Source: Azolla caroliniana (lineage: Eukaryota > Plantae > Polypodiophyta). Taken from it: 64,000 nt of DNA. Positions 1 to 12,252 of this stretch are shown here, one piece after another. A model generated the notes under the pieces. The model saw only the letters and a program-made list of their open reading frames with translations, made no database searches and was not told the DNA's origin. How positions within the stretch are numbered: position 1 is the first letter of the stretch; each line of letters begins with the position of its first letter. The stretch lies in assembly GCA_043228905.1 (NCBI GenBank), contig JBHGNT010000021.1, positions 3,534,001 through 3,598,000 of the forward strand, read 5' to 3'. A program made the translations under genes and the position numbers.

Positions 1-1471
1 AGCCCGACCCGGTTGCACCGTTATCCGCCCATTCTCGCCGTTTGTCGAAACGGCCACAGACCTTCCTGACAGCCGCCCAGTCGGTAGTGAGCCCGTCTTC
101 GGTTTCCAGCAAGAGGCCCACGTGCTCCCGATCCCGTTCGTCGACCGACTTGACAAACAGCAAGACCCGGCTCGTGTCCAGGATGGTTCGGTCGAGCGCC
201 GAAAGGCGCGCAAAGTTTTCCTCGAACTCCCGGAGGAGCGCCGACGCGTTTCTTCCCTTCCCCGGGGACTCCACCCATTCCATGAACCTTCGCTTCGAAA
301 GCCGGAGCGCGTCGTCTAGCCCGTATTTCTCTAGGAGCCGACCTTCGAACTCCTCCCAGGTACGGCTCTCCGTCCGCACCTCGAGCACCTCCGCATGGAT
401 GCTCGGCATCGCCACTCGCGGAAATCCGGCAAGACGCCTTTCTTCCGGAATGTCCCGCATCAACATTTCTGCACCGTAGGACGCCAGATACTTCGTGGCA
501 TCCCTCCCATCGAACCGGCCGATCGTGCCGACGACCGCCTCAATAGCTCTGTCGAGGGCACCGGTGCCCTCGCGCGCGTTTACAATCCGATCCACGGCCG
601 AAGCCATGGCCTCTGCGAGATCCGACCCCCTCATCTTCTGCTCTTCTGCCGCCTCTTTCACGTCGGGTTCACCAAATATGTCGAGATATTACGCAAGTGC
701 GTGTGAAAATGAGGCGGGACCGCGGGGGTCTCGAACCAAAGAGCAAGCAAGGGAGGAGAAAGAGAGAGAACCGGCTACGCAGGACCGGGGATACGCAGGG
801 ACACGGCCCTTCAGCACGGAGAACGCGAACAGACACCGACACAGACAGATGCGAATGACTAAATATGTGTATTAACAAAAATGGCTAACACGACTACAAC
901 CCTCGATGGGGCACAGGTTGGTTACAACCGAACAGGCCGGCGAACAGATGCCGATGCCTGTTCGCTTCGACGCACAAACGGGGTAGCAGGTCGGAGGTGC
1001 TGCCGGAAGCACTCGGCGTTCCTCGAAACAGCGCGAGCCTCCTCGGAACCCTGCACAGGAGCTATGGAGCTCGAGAAGGAAGGAAACACAGAGAGAGAGA
1101 GAGAGAAGCGTCCAGAAACGGTCCGGCAGCACTTCGTCCTCTCCGCCCGAGATCCCTGCAACAGCTCTTTCCTGCTCCTTATATAGGCCGACGAGCAGGC
1201 CGTCATGTCAGCTTTATTCCCTGTCCCTTTTGGACAGGGATCCGCTCCGTTTTTCACGCATCCGCGTAGTTACGCCGCCGACTCGTACAGTTCGCGCGCG
1301 CGACCGAAAAGACTGTTCGCGCGGTCTTTGTCTCCACTTGAGTTAGGGCCCGTTCCTGCCGATTATCCTCCTAATTCGCTTCTATGTACAACTTGGAGCG
1401 TGCGCGCGTGAAGAACCGGTTCCCACGCCTTGGTGCGCCGATTCCGCCTATGGACGGTTTTCTTCACGACA
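1..1471 (-). mobile_element. Ty3/gypsy LTR retrotransposon A1 (tRNA-Trp-primed group), 5' end only: 5' LTR 679-1471, PBS 657-674, gag fragment 1-~640
   Basis: LTR reads TGTCGTGAAG...CTCGACA on the minus strand. PBS is TGGTGAACCCGACGTGAA. The gag region is near-identical to 7047-7700. Right flank is CCGT; the other end lies outside the window. Confidence 0.9.
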
Positions 1472-2302
1472 CCGTTTCGTAGGAAGAACCGGTATGCCTT
1501 CTTTCGGATCCGGCTTGCTTCGTCTTTCGTCCATGTCGCATCCGGCCCCAACATGCTTAGGAACTTACCAATCTGGAGCCACTGCCTGTCGTAATCGTTC
1601 CCATCGAACTCGTTCAAGATCAAAGTGCTCCACTTTTTTGCCGACATTCGAGCCGACTCGAAGAAGTCCACGCCGACCTCTTCGTCTTCCGACACCATGC
1701 CATCCTAGTTCTCGAACCGTGCTCTTGAGAGCATATCAGCCATGGTGTTGTCCTTTCTGGGGATGTGTCATATCTCCGGCTTCAGGGCCTTGATGTACGT
1801 GATCCACCGAAGCATCGCCAGGGCCGTAGATGCACATCCGGAAATCAAACTGAGAACCGGTAGGAAATTTGTCTCGATTATCACTTCTGTCCGGATCATG
1901 TAGGCTTTATTGTCCTTTACCGCCGAAAGGATACCCTAGAGTTCGTGGTTAACCTGGGTGTATCCTCGTTGCCGCTCGCTTAGCACCTTCGCACCGAACC
2001 GGATGGGGAAACGTGTGTTGTCCTCGTCTTCATGATTAACCATCCACCCAATTCCGGTCGGACTCATATCCACCGTTATGTAAACCAAAGTGTCTGCCCT
2101 ATATACTACTTTCCGGAGAGTCGGCGCCATCGTTAGCCTTAAGCCTCCAGACCGCCTCTATGTGCCCGTTGTTCTATTCGAATTATCGACCCTTCTTTAG
2201 CAAGCTGTAGAGCGGCTCGGCGAGGTGCGCGTAATAAGGAATCCAAATGTGGTAGAAGGCACATGCTCCCAAGAATCGTCAGACTTCTGTGACCGACCTG
2301 TG
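1472..2302 (-). pseudogene. Degenerate gypsy pol fragment (RT end, RNase H, linker); host of A1 and of copia C1
   Basis: Fragments RFPIRFGAKVLSERQRGY and RIRKKAYRFFLR match the 3596..6988 pol but contain stops and frameshifts. Confidence 0.88.
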
Positions 2303-3595
2303 TGTGCGGAATGGGGCTCGACAATGGAAGAAAGCAAGAAATGAAAATAAGAATAATGCACTTACACAGAATGAGATAACACCAAATGTTAACGTGGAAA
2401 ACCCTAAATGGGGAAAAATCACGGGAGCCCACAGATTCCAACTATCACTATGAGAAGAGGATAGAAAGCGAGACTCGGAGGAAACAACCTGAAGCTCTAT
2501 GTCTTTGCCAACCGACAGTTACAACAAACAAGCTTTCTATGTTTTTTACCCTCTCTCTATCTCTCTCTCTTTACCACAATAGTAATAACAACTCATCCAC
2601 TATATATTTCATAAATGGTTGCCCTAAGTCATATTTATACAAATATGGCCATGACAGGCCCTCTAGAAACATATTTACAAATATGTCCCTAGATCCGGTT
2701 CACACCGGATTCATCCGGATCCGTCCGGTCTAGTTCCTTCCTTTGGCTCATCCGATCCGGCTCCTTCTATTCTCATCTGGATCCCATCCGGAGGGACCGA
2801 ATTCCCAACAAGCTCACCCTTCACACGTTGTCGGGGTTGCTACGCCCTTGCGTGCAGAAAGGAGGAGGGACCATGGGGGTCTTGGACCGAAGAGCAAGAG
2901 AGAGAGGAGTAAGAGAGAGAGGCCCGATTACACAGAACCGAAGATTGCACAGGGACACGGCCCAACAAACAGAGATCACAATTAAACGCCGACGCAGATG
3001 GACGCAACAACGAGAGATATGTACTTATGAATGCAAGAAAATAACAGGCTAAAGTATTACAACCCACGGTGGGGCACGAAATAGATACTAACGAAACGAA
3101 CAGGGCGGCGAACAGATGCCGACCCCTGTATGTCGCGACGCACAGAAAAGGGAAAACAGGTCGGAGGTGCTGCAGGACGCACTCGGGGCGTTCCACGGAA
3201 CAACGCAAGCCTCCTCGAAACCTGCACAGGTACGCGATGGAGCAGAAGACAGAGAAAGCAGGAGTGAGAGAGAAGCTCCGAAATCAGTTCGGCAGCACTT
3301 CGTCCTCTCCGCGCGAGATACCCCACTTCTATTCTCCCTCTTCCTTTTATAGCCCGTCAAGAGGCCGTTTGGCATTAACTGCATACCAACCGAATCTACC
3401 CACCTAGGATCCTCGTATGTACCTACTTCGTCCTTAGGTACTTCTTGGCGCTCGTGTGTGTGTAGAGCCGTTTACCACGCCTTGTTCCTCCGATTCCTCT
3501 TGTGGGCGGTTTTCTTCACGACATCCGCCCCCACCTAACCGCGCATCCACCGGCATGCGCCAAATTAAGTTGGCACGGAGAAAACCGGCCCGCCT

Positions 3596-6500
3596 TTACT
3601 CTTCGCCTGCCGGCCCTTCCTCGGCCTCGGATCGGTCGTCGCTGCTGTCCAGGAGAATCGGGTCGGGTTCGTCGTCGTGCCGCTTCTTGAAAGCTTTGAT
3701 CCTCTTCCCGGCCACGGGTATCGCTATTCTCGTACCGTCGAGTTCCGCCAGATGATACGTCCCGTTGTCGTTGGCGCTCTGTACCGTGTACGGCCCGAAC
3801 CACCTCCGTGCGAACTTCCGCGTTGCTCGGTGCTGGTTGTCGAGGCTGCTGTCGTAGACGAGCACCCAGTCACCTTGTTCGATCTTCTTCGGTCGGAGTC
3901 GGTGCGTTCGGTCGAACCTGGCTTTGTTCTTTATCCTCGCCACTCGGATCCTTTCTGCAGCCGTCTCCACGTCCTCCGGTCTCCGTTCGAGTTGTCGTAT
4001 ACGCGCTGCCAACAACTCCTCCCGGCTCATCTCGCCCCTCCAGTCGACCGTTGCCCATGAGGAGATTGTTCGTTCCATCGGCATGATCGGCTTCTGGCCG
4101 AACATGAGCTCTGTCGGCATGTACCCGGTTACCGAACTGTGCGTAGTCCGGTCGGCCCACAAAGCATAAGGTAGAAGTCGCGGCCAGTTACCGACTTGGC
4201 CTCCGCATGCCCGAACCAGCGCTTTAACGATCGGCCCGTGTCCGCGCTCCACCTTTCCATTCGCCTCCGGGTTGTACGCAGTGGTGAGCGAGAGTTTGAC
4301 TCCCAGCCGATCGAACAGCTCCGCGGCTTCCTCGGCGTCCAACTCCCCTCGGTCAGCCACGATCTTCCCGACGCACCCGTACCGGCATATCACGTCCTCG
4401 ATCAGGAACCGACACACGGCCGCGGTCGTCTTGTTCTGAAGGGCTCGGCCTTCCACCTGGTTCGTCAGGTCTTCCCGTGCTAGGACCAGATACCGCATCT
4501 GTCCTACCCCCATCGGCATCGTCACCAGATCTACCATCCATTTGAAGTGGATAGTTGGAGGGTACGTAGGGCGAAGCCCGTCCCGGTGTCGGACTATCGA
4601 GTGCATCTGACAACTCTCGCAAGTTGACACGAACCGATGCACGTCCCGGTACAATCCCGGCCACCAGTACTTCCCCTTCAGCTTCTCAAATGTCGCCCAC
4701 GTTCCACGGTGTCCAGCCCAAGGGCTGTCGTGGTAGGCCGCCAGTAGCTCCTCCTGTTCTTCCTTCATCGCCACCACCCGGAGCGGGACGCCGTTCCTCT
4801 TCTTCGGGTGCTTCCACAAATGCCCATCTCGGAGAAAGAATCGATATGCTTTCTTCCGGATCCGGTTGGCCTCGTCCTTCGTCCATGACGCATCGGGCGT
4901 CATTGTCTTCAAAAACCCGCCGATCTGCAGCCACTCCCCGTCGTACTTGCTCGCGTCGAACTCGTTAAGCGCCGGAGTGCTCATCCCGTCGGTCGTTATG
5001 TATGCCGCCTCGAAGAAATCCACGCCGACTTCTTCGTCTTCCGAAACCATGCCGCCCTCGTCGTCGAACCTCGCCCTCGAAAGCATGTCGGCCATGGCGT
5101 TGTCTTTCCCGGAAATGTGTCGTATTTCCGGGTCCAGGGACTTAATGTACGCTATCCACCTGAGCATCGCCAGGTCCGGAGTCGCGCATCCGGAAACCAT
5201 ACCGAGAATCGGCAGGCAATCCGTCTCGATGATCACTTCTGTCCCTATCAGGTAGTCTTTGTCGGCCTTAACCGCCGAAACAATACCCCAGAGTTCGCGT
5301 TTAACCTGGGCGTATCCTCGCTGCCGTTCACTGAGGACTTTCGCGCCGAATCGGATCGGAAACCGATTGCCGTCCTCGTCTTCCTGGTTCACGACCCATC
5401 CGATCCCGGTCGGACTGGTATCCACCGTTATGAATACCGGGGTACCCTTCCCGTATACCGCCTTCCGGAGTGCCGGTGCCGCTGCAAGGGCCTCTTTCAG
5501 CTTCCGGACCGATTCCGCGTGCTCGTCTAGCCATTCGAACCTTCGCCCCTTTTTCAGCAACCCGTACAGTGGCTCCGCGACGTGTGCGTAATGCGGGATC
5601 CATATGTGGTAGAACGCGCATGCCCCCAGGAATCTCCGTACTTCCGTGACCGAGCTGCAGTCGGGCTTCATCGCGGAGATGGCTTCTACCTTTGCCGGAG
5701 ACGGTTTCCGGCCATATGGTCCGCACAGGTGTCCGACCACCATGATTTCTGACTGCCCGAAGGCCGACTTCTCCCCGGAGAAGGTGAGTCTCGCATCCTC
5801 TAGTCTTTGCAGCACCTTCTCGCAGTCGTCGATGTGCGTCGCCACGAATCGCCGGCATCCGTCCGGCCCGATCGTCTCGTCCTTTTCTTCCACCGGGCAT
5901 CCCTTGATCGGGATGTCGTCCAGAAACGGCATGGTGATGTCCGGGATACAGTCCCTCAGAACCTTGTTCATCGCATTCACCATGTGGGCCACCGAGTTGG
6001 TCCCTCCTTGCGGCAGTGTACACATCCGAACTAGGCCGAGGGGAGTTCGCATCGTCGTAATGTCTCTGCTCTCCACGGCTAGCTGGAACTGGTCGTACCC
6101 TGAGTATAGATCCCCGACCGAGTAAATTGACCTTCCGGCGAAGGCCTCCACGAACTCGTCTATGGTCGGTCCGATCCCTGCGTTCCGAATGGTCACTCGA
6201 TTGACCGGCTGCAGGTCCTGGATGAAGCGCAACGAACCGTTTTTCTTCGGTACGGTAAACCATCGATTCGAATATGGGGCGCTCGACGGCTCGAGAATTC
6301 CCATATCAACTTTCTGCCTCAGCAGCTCCATCAACTTCGGGATGTGAGCTCTCGGAACCGGGATTGGCTTGAGATTCCACGGTACATGCGGTACCGTGAA
6401 TATCACCATTGGCTCCACGATCGTCGGGTCAACGCACCCGATTTCCTCCGGCGAGAATGCGAAGGCTTTCCCGTGCCTTCCGAGCATTCTCCGAAACCGG

Positions 6501-6988
6501 TCTTCCTCCGCCGGCAGTAGGAACCCGCCCCCACCGATTTTGAGCTCTCGGAGCGTCTCGTCGGTGAAGGTGTGTCCTATGCAGGCCGGATCTCGTAGAC
6601 TAGGGTCCGATGCAACCCCTTTGATTCTCGACGCGCTGTCCTCCGGTAAGGGTGCCGCGACTGGCCTTACCTTCCGGTCCACAGTCTTGTACTTGGTGCT
6701 TACGTGGGCCGTCCGAACTGACTCGAGCCCTCGACCGAAGTCCGCGATGACTCCGTACATCTCCTCGGAACACACCGGTATCGTCCGGTCTTCGTTAAGG
6801 CCTTCTTCGACTACCTTTCCCAGCATTCCCAAGGTGTCGTCGAATGAGACCGCCTCCACGGCTCCGTTGATTTCCTCGTCGGGGCCGAGAACTCCGCACG
6901 CTCGAAGTCTCCCCTCCGCCTTTGTCTTCTGACCACGCCGGTCGTGCCTCTGACCACGCCGGTCGGAGCTGAACCGGATTCCAGCCAC
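3596..6988 (-). CDS. Pol (RT-RNase H-integrase) of A2; N-terminus created by the deletion junction
   Basis: RT LPQG...FLDD, RNase H TDTS...ETDC, integrase HHCC and D,D(35)E region (WMVDL, VADRGE, GKVER), GPY motif; no chromodomain seen. Confidence 0.95.
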   Translation of the reverse strand: MAGIRFSSDRRGQRHDRRGQKTKAEGRLRACGVLGPDEEINGAVEAVSFDDTLGMLGKVVEEGLNEDRTIPVCSEEMYGVIADFGRGLESVRTAHVSTKYKTVDRKVRPVAAPLPEDSASRIKGVASDPSLRDPACIGHTFTDETLRELKIGGGGFLLPAEEDRFRRMLGRHGKAFAFSPEEIGCVDPTIVEPMVIFTVPHVPWNLKPIPVPRAHIPKLMELLRQKVDMGILEPSSAPYSNRWFTVPKKNGSLRFIQDLQPVNRVTIRNAGIGPTIDEFVEAFAGRSIYSVGDLYSGYDQFQLAVESRDITTMRTPLGLVRMCTLPQGGTNSVAHMVNAMNKVLRDCIPDITMPFLDDIPIKGCPVEEKDETIGPDGCRRFVATHIDDCEKVLQRLEDARLTFSGEKSAFGQSEIMVVGHLCGPYGRKPSPAKVEAISAMKPDCSSVTEVRRFLGACAFYHIWIPHYAHVAEPLYGLLKKGRRFEWLDEHAESVRKLKEALAAAPALRKAVYGKGTPVFITVDTSPTGIGWVVNQEDEDGNRFPIRFGAKVLSERQRGYAQVKRELWGIVSAVKADKDYLIGTEVIIETDCLPILGMVSGCATPDLAMLRWIAYIKSLDPEIRHISGKDNAMADMLSRARFDDEGGMVSEDEEVGVDFFEAAYITTDGMSTPALNEFDASKYDGEWLQIGGFLKTMTPDASWTKDEANRIRKKAYRFFLRDGHLWKHPKKRNGVPLRVVAMKEEQEELLAAYHDSPWAGHRGTWATFEKLKGKYWWPGLYRDVHRFVSTCESCQMHSIVRHRDGLRPTYPPTIHFKWMVDLVTMPMGVGQMRYLVLAREDLTNQVEGRALQNKTTAAVCRFLIEDVICRYGCVGKIVADRGELDAEEAAELFDRLGVKLSLTTAYNPEANGKVERGHGPIVKALVRACGGQVGNWPRLLPYALWADRTTHSSVTGYMPTELMFGQKPIMPMERTISSWATVDWRGEMSREELLAARIRQLERRPEDVETAAERIRVARIKNKARFDRTHRLRPKKIEQGDWVLVYDSSLDNQHRATRKFARRWFGPYTVQSANDNGTYHLAELDGTRIAIPVAGKRIKAFKKRHDDEPDPILLDSSDDRSEAEEGPAGEE

Positions 6989-7707
6989 TCCCGAGTCTCT
7001 TCCCTTCGCACCGGCTGCGCCGGCTCGAGTTTCCTCGCCGCGACTGAGCCCGACCCGGTTGCTCTGTCATCCTCCCATTCTCGCCGTTTGTCGAAACGGC
7101 CGCAGGCTCTCTTGACCGCCGCCCAGTCGGCTGTCAGCCCGTCTTCGGTTTCTAGCAGGGCGCCCACGTGACTCCGATCCCTCTCGTCAACCGATTTGAC
7201 GAACAGCAGGACCCGGCTTGTATCCAGGACCATCCTGTCCAGCGCCGAAAGGCGCGCGAAGTTCTCCTCGAACTCCCGGAGGAGTGCCGACGCATTCCTT
7301 CCTTTCCCGGGAGACTCCACCCACTCCATGAAGCTTCGCTTCGAAAGCCGGAGCGCGTCGTCCAGTCCGTATTTTTCCAGGAGCCGACCTTCGAACTCCT
7401 CCCAGGTACGGCTCTCCGCCCGCACCTCGAGCACCTCCGCGTGGATGCTCGGCATCGCCACTCGGGGAAAACCGGCAAGACGCCTATCTTCCGGAATGTC
7501 CCGCATTAACATTTCCGCACCGTAGGACGCCAGGTACTTCGTGGCATCTTTTCCGGTGAATCGACCGATCGTTCCGACGACCGCCTCAATAGCTCTATCG
7601 AGGGCGCCGGTGCCCTCGCGCGCGCTTACTATCCGATCCACGGCCGAAGCCATGGCCTCTGCAAGATCCGCCCCCTTCATCTTCTGCTCTTCTGTCGCCT
7701 CTTTCAC
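6811..7707 (-). CDS. Truncated Gag (capsid part) of A2
   Basis: Homologous to the gag at 57223-57960. Starts in or just after the PBS and lacks the CCHC knuckle because of the deletion. Confidence 0.85.
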   Translation of the reverse strand: MKEATEEQKMKGADLAEAMASAVDRIVSAREGTGALDRAIEAVVGTIGRFTGKDATKYLASYGAEMLMRDIPEDRRLAGFPRVAMPSIHAEVLEVRAESRTWEEFEGRLLEKYGLDDALRLSKRSFMEWVESPGKGRNASALLREFEENFARLSALDRMVLDTSRVLLFVKSVDERDRSHVGALLETEDGLTADWAAVKRACGRFDKRREWEDDRATGSGSVAARKLEPAQPVRREETREWLESGSAPTGVVRGTTGVVRRQRRRGDFERAEFSAPTRKSTEPWRRSHSTTPWECWER

Positions 7708-10419
7708 GTCGGGTTCACCAAGATGTCGGGGTTGCTACGCCCTTGCGTGCAGAAAGGAGGAGGGACCACGGGGGTCTTGGACCGAAGAGCAAGAGAGAGA
7801 GGAGTAAGAGAGAGAGGCCCGATTACACAGAACCGAAGATTGCACAGGGACACGGCCCAACAAACAGAGATCACAATTAAACGCCGACGCAGATGGACGC
7901 AACAACGAGAGATATGTACTTATGAATGCAAGAAAATAACAGGCTAAAGTATTACAACCCACGGTGGGGCACGAAATAGATACTAACGAAACGAACAGGG
8001 CGGCGAACAGATGCCGACCCCTGTATGTCGCGACGCACAGAAAAGGGAAAACAGGTCGGAGGTGCTGCAGGACGCACTCGAGGCGTTCCACGGAACAGCG
8101 CAAGCCTCCTCGAAACCTGCACAGGTACGCGATGGAGCAGAAGACAGAGAAAGCAGGAGTGAGAGAGAAGCTCCGAAATCAGTTCGGCAGCACTTCGTCC
8201 TCTCCGCGCGAGATACCCCACTTCTATTCTCCCTCTTCCTTTTATAGCCCGTCAAGAGGCCGTTTGGCATTAACTGCATACCAACCGAATCTACCCACCT
8301 AGGATCCTCGTATGTACCTACTTCGTCCTTAGGTACTTCTTGGCGCTCGTGTGTGTGTAGAGCCGTTTACCACGCCTTGTTCCTCCGATTCCTCTTGTGG
8401 GCGGTTTTCTTCACGACAACGTCTAGCTTGTCGGTTGACAACACCTTGGTCAGCATGTGGATCGTTGTTAGGAGGAACTCTTTATCTTCTACCTTCTCTC
8501 GTAGCCAGTGATATCGTCTCTGGATGTGCTTGGTCCGGGAGTGGTAGGTCGCGTTCTTCGAGAGGTGGATGGCACTTTGACTGTTGCAGTGGAGCCGGAA
8601 TTCCTCTTGTCGGATCCCTAGCTCTCCGATGAAGTCCTTCATCCAAATTACCTCTTTACCGACTTCTAATGCCGCCATGTACTCCGCTTCCATTGTCAAT
8701 AGTGCAACAAACTTCTGCAACCTCGACTGCCACGATAAGGCTCCCCCTGCATATGTCATAACATATCCGGAAGTTGACCAGTTGGTATTTGCATCAACCG
8801 ACATATCCGAATCCGTGAATCCTTCAAGTTGGGGTTTTCTAGAGCCAAATCAAAGGCACGTACTCGAGGTGCCTTTCAAGTACCGGAGTATCCACTTGAC
8901 GGCGGTCCAATGTTCCCTTCCCGGATTGCTTATGAACCGGCTGACTACATCGACATCGTATCTGATATTCGGCCAAGTACACAACATTGCATACATCAAG
9001 ATTCTGACAGCAGAAGCGTATGGTATCTTCATCATTTTCAACGTCTCTGCCTTTGTTTTCGGACTTTGCTTTCCGAACAACTTGCAATTTTTCGGGAGTG
9101 TCAACCCGACTGGCTTGGCATTCGATATGTTGAACCGTTGCAGCACTTTTGTCACATACTTCTCCTCTGACAGCCATAATAGCTTCTTCATCCGGTCCCC
9201 AATATCTATCTCGCCAAACCGAAATCTTTCATTGAGAAGGTTCGGTTCAAGGCTTTCTTCAGATTCCCGATTTTGGTACTGTTCGGTCCGACGATCAATA
9301 TGTCATCCACATATAGTAGGAGTATTAGGAAGTCTCCTCCATCGAAATTTTTTAGAAATACACAGTGGTTGTCCTTTCTCTTGTGGTATCCTCGATCGGT
9401 CATGAAGGAGTCGAACTTCCGGTACCATTGCTAGGGAGCTTGCTTCAGTCCGTATAAGCTCTTCTTCAACCGGCATACCATGTGCTCCTTCCCTTTCTTC
9501 ATGAATCCTTCCGGTTGTTGTATGTAGATCTTTTTTTCGAGGTCGCCATGTAGGAACGTCGTCTTGACGTCTAGTTGCTCTACCTCAGGGTCCATGCTTG
9601 CCGTTATGCTCAACACAGTTCGGATGAATGTCATCTTCATTACGGGGGCAAAGATCTCATCGAAATCCAATCCTTTCTTATGTTGGAAGCCCTTCACCAC
9701 AATGCGGGCCTTCTACCTTGGTGGATTTCAGGAGTCTCCCGGTTTCAGCTTGTACACCCACTTGTTCCAGAGCACTCTCTTTCCCTTCGGCAGCTTCGTT
9801 AGTTCATATGTGTGGTTCTCATGCAGGGAATCCATCTCATCCTACATGGCACTTAACCAGTTGCATCTGTGGGTGTCTTTCTCTACTTCTTCGAAGTTGT
9901 CATGCTCCCCCTCGTCAGTCAACAACACATGCTTTGCATCCGGAAATCTCTGGGGGGCTCTTCTCTCCCTGAGAGGATATCTTCTTCCTTGGTTCTCGTC
10001 CACTTGTTCCGGTGTCCTGATCTTCTTCTTCTTCGATCGATTTAGTCTCTTATCCAACTCCGGCCAGTTCTTCGAGTGCTATCCAGCTTCCGGCCGGATG
10101 GGTCTTGTCAGTCAATCCGAAGTCTGCTATCTTCTTCTTCGACCCCTAGTCGACAATAGTCTTGTCTTCCATGAAGACTATGTCTCGACTCTGAAACACC
10201 TTCTTGTCGACCAAGTCCCACACTCGGTATCCAAACTCGTCATCGCCGTATCCAAGGAATATGGATGGTCGGGACTTCAGATCGAATTTCGCTCTCTTGT
10301 CCTTTGCAACATGCACGTAAGTGAGACAACCGAACACCTTCATATGCCTGTAAGACACGTCTTTACCGGTCCATACTTTCTATGGTGAGTCTCCTTCCAA
10401 GGGTGCTAAGGTTGATCTG

Positions 10420-10967
10420 TGTTAGGAAACGGGTCCCTTTGGATGGGAAGAGAAGAGCCGAGTTGATGAGAAACTCGGTCGAGGCCTAAACCGAAATCGT
10501 GTAGACAACCAACTTGTAAATAGTCTAAATATGTCCTTATGGGCTACACTTGTAAATAACACAAAAGGTGTAGTAGTATAAGTACTTAGGGCAATCATAA
10601 TGTTAGTATGATGTTGAGTTGTTGTTAAAAAGGTTACTTAGAAGGTCGTTGTCTCTATAATTGTGTAACAGTGAGTGAGAGTGAGAGCATGTGTAACTCT
10701 GTAGCCCTCTGTTGACGAATTTGAATCTCGAGGTCGTTGCCTCAGAGCTTCTAGTTGTACTCCTCCTTTTAGCATAGTGATTCTGTTTCTCGGGGTTTGT
10801 GGACCCCCATGGTTTTTCCCATTTTGGGTTTCCACGCTTCAATTGTGTGTTTCTGTCTCTTGTGCTATTTCTGTTTTCGTACTCTGTCTGAGTGCATTCT
10901 ATTTTACGTTCCCTACACCCGAACATCCGAACTAGAAGCCGGTTGTGGCCGGTCACAATTCTCGACA
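10420..10967 (+). mobile_element. Copia solo LTR (C1-related family) inserted in C1 integrase
   Basis: TG...CA ends, 5-bp TSD ATCTG (10415-10419, 10968-10972), U3 start similar to the C1 LTR. Confidence 0.9.
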
Positions 10968-12252
10968 ATCTGTTTATAACATAGGTCATTGTCATCAGTA
11001 CCTCAACCCAAAACATCTTGGGTAACTTTGGATGTGCTAGCATGCTCCGAATTCGGTTCATCCGTTCAGCCAGCCCGTTCACTTCCAGCGTCTTCGGCAG
11101 GATGAATTCGAACTGAATTCCCTTTAACTGATAGTACTCCTTGAATTGCCCCTAGTATTCTCCTCCATGTTCTGCTCGAACCACCTTCACTTTCCAGTCG
11201 GTTTCCCTTTCGACTCTCGCGTGGAAGTCCTTGAAGACGGATAATACCTGGTCCTTCGTCTTCAGCAGTGAGACCCACAACTTCTGGTTGTGGTCATCTA
11301 AGAACGTCGCAAAGTACTGCGATCCGACATGTGACTTCGTGGCCACTTGGCATACATCAGTATGCACAAGTTCCCGTGGTGCATTCCGTCTCGACGGTGG
11401 TCTTGACTGAAAAGAGGTTCGGTTTTGCTTGTCGGCCAAACAATCGGTGCACTTCTCAAGATGCACATCTTTCACCTCCAGAATGAGGTTATCTTCAGCA
11501 AGTCTTCTCATCCCCTTCTGGCTCATGTGACACAACCTCTTGTGCCACAACTCACCGGCAATTTCGGATGCCACGTTCACTTCCTCCCGGCATATCCAGG
11601 CATGCATCAGATACAATGTGTTGATCTTCTGGGCTTGAGCCATGATCATGCTCCCTTTGCAAAACGTCATGATTCCGTTTCGGATGCTACCCGTGTAGCC
11701 TTCATCATCTAGCCGACCTGTTGAAATCAGGTTCAACCGAATCTCCGGAATGTGTCAGGCATCCTTCAGCAACATCTTCCACCCGGTTGATGTCGTCCAC
11801 CATACGTCTCCTATGCCGATAATTTGGCATGCACCTTCATTTCCCATCTGGACAGAATCGTGATCTCTGACTCTATAACATGAGAAGCACTTCCGGTCGG
11901 GGGTAAGATGGAATGACACTCCGAAGTCGACCACGCATGTCATTTCGGCACTGACAAGATGCAACTCACTCCCTCTGTGATTAGCAGTAGTTCTTCTTCA
12001 CTTGTTGCGATTGCAGACATTACTTGTCTTCCGAAATCTTCTTTGGTTCCAGATTGTCAGCTCCCCTTTTGGATTTCCAGAAGTGTCGGCAATTCTTCTA
12101 GAAGTGCCCCGACTTTCCACAATAAAAGCAAGTGGGCCTTCCCCTTGACTTCAACTGCGTCCCCGATTTGTCTCGATTTTGGGGACTCCAATTTCGGCCT
12201 CTTCACCGGTTATGGTCATCTTCCATGACCAAGGCCTTTAGATCGGTTACGG

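Larger units (their letters stand above)
2829..8418 (-). mobile_element. Ty3/gypsy element A2 (tRNA-Trp PBS), both LTRs present, internal deletion of NC and protease
   Basis: 695-bp LTRs at 2829-3523 and 7724-8418 (3 substitutions seen). TSD ACGT at 2825-2828 and 8419-8422. PBS 7703-7720, PPT 3524-3536. Confidence 0.96.

Noticed and set aside
2828-3407. Duplicated small ORFs (also 7723-8302, 28660/35245, 52972/55894)
   Set aside because: They are duplicated only because they lie in paired LTRs.
3456-7525. Many overlapping and antisense ORFs over A2 gag and pol
   Set aside because: These are shadow frames expected from GC-rich coding DNA; none has recognisable motifs.
8584-10388. 273-aa and 274-aa plus-strand ORFs
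   Set aside because: Antisense shadows of the decayed copia RT/IN region.
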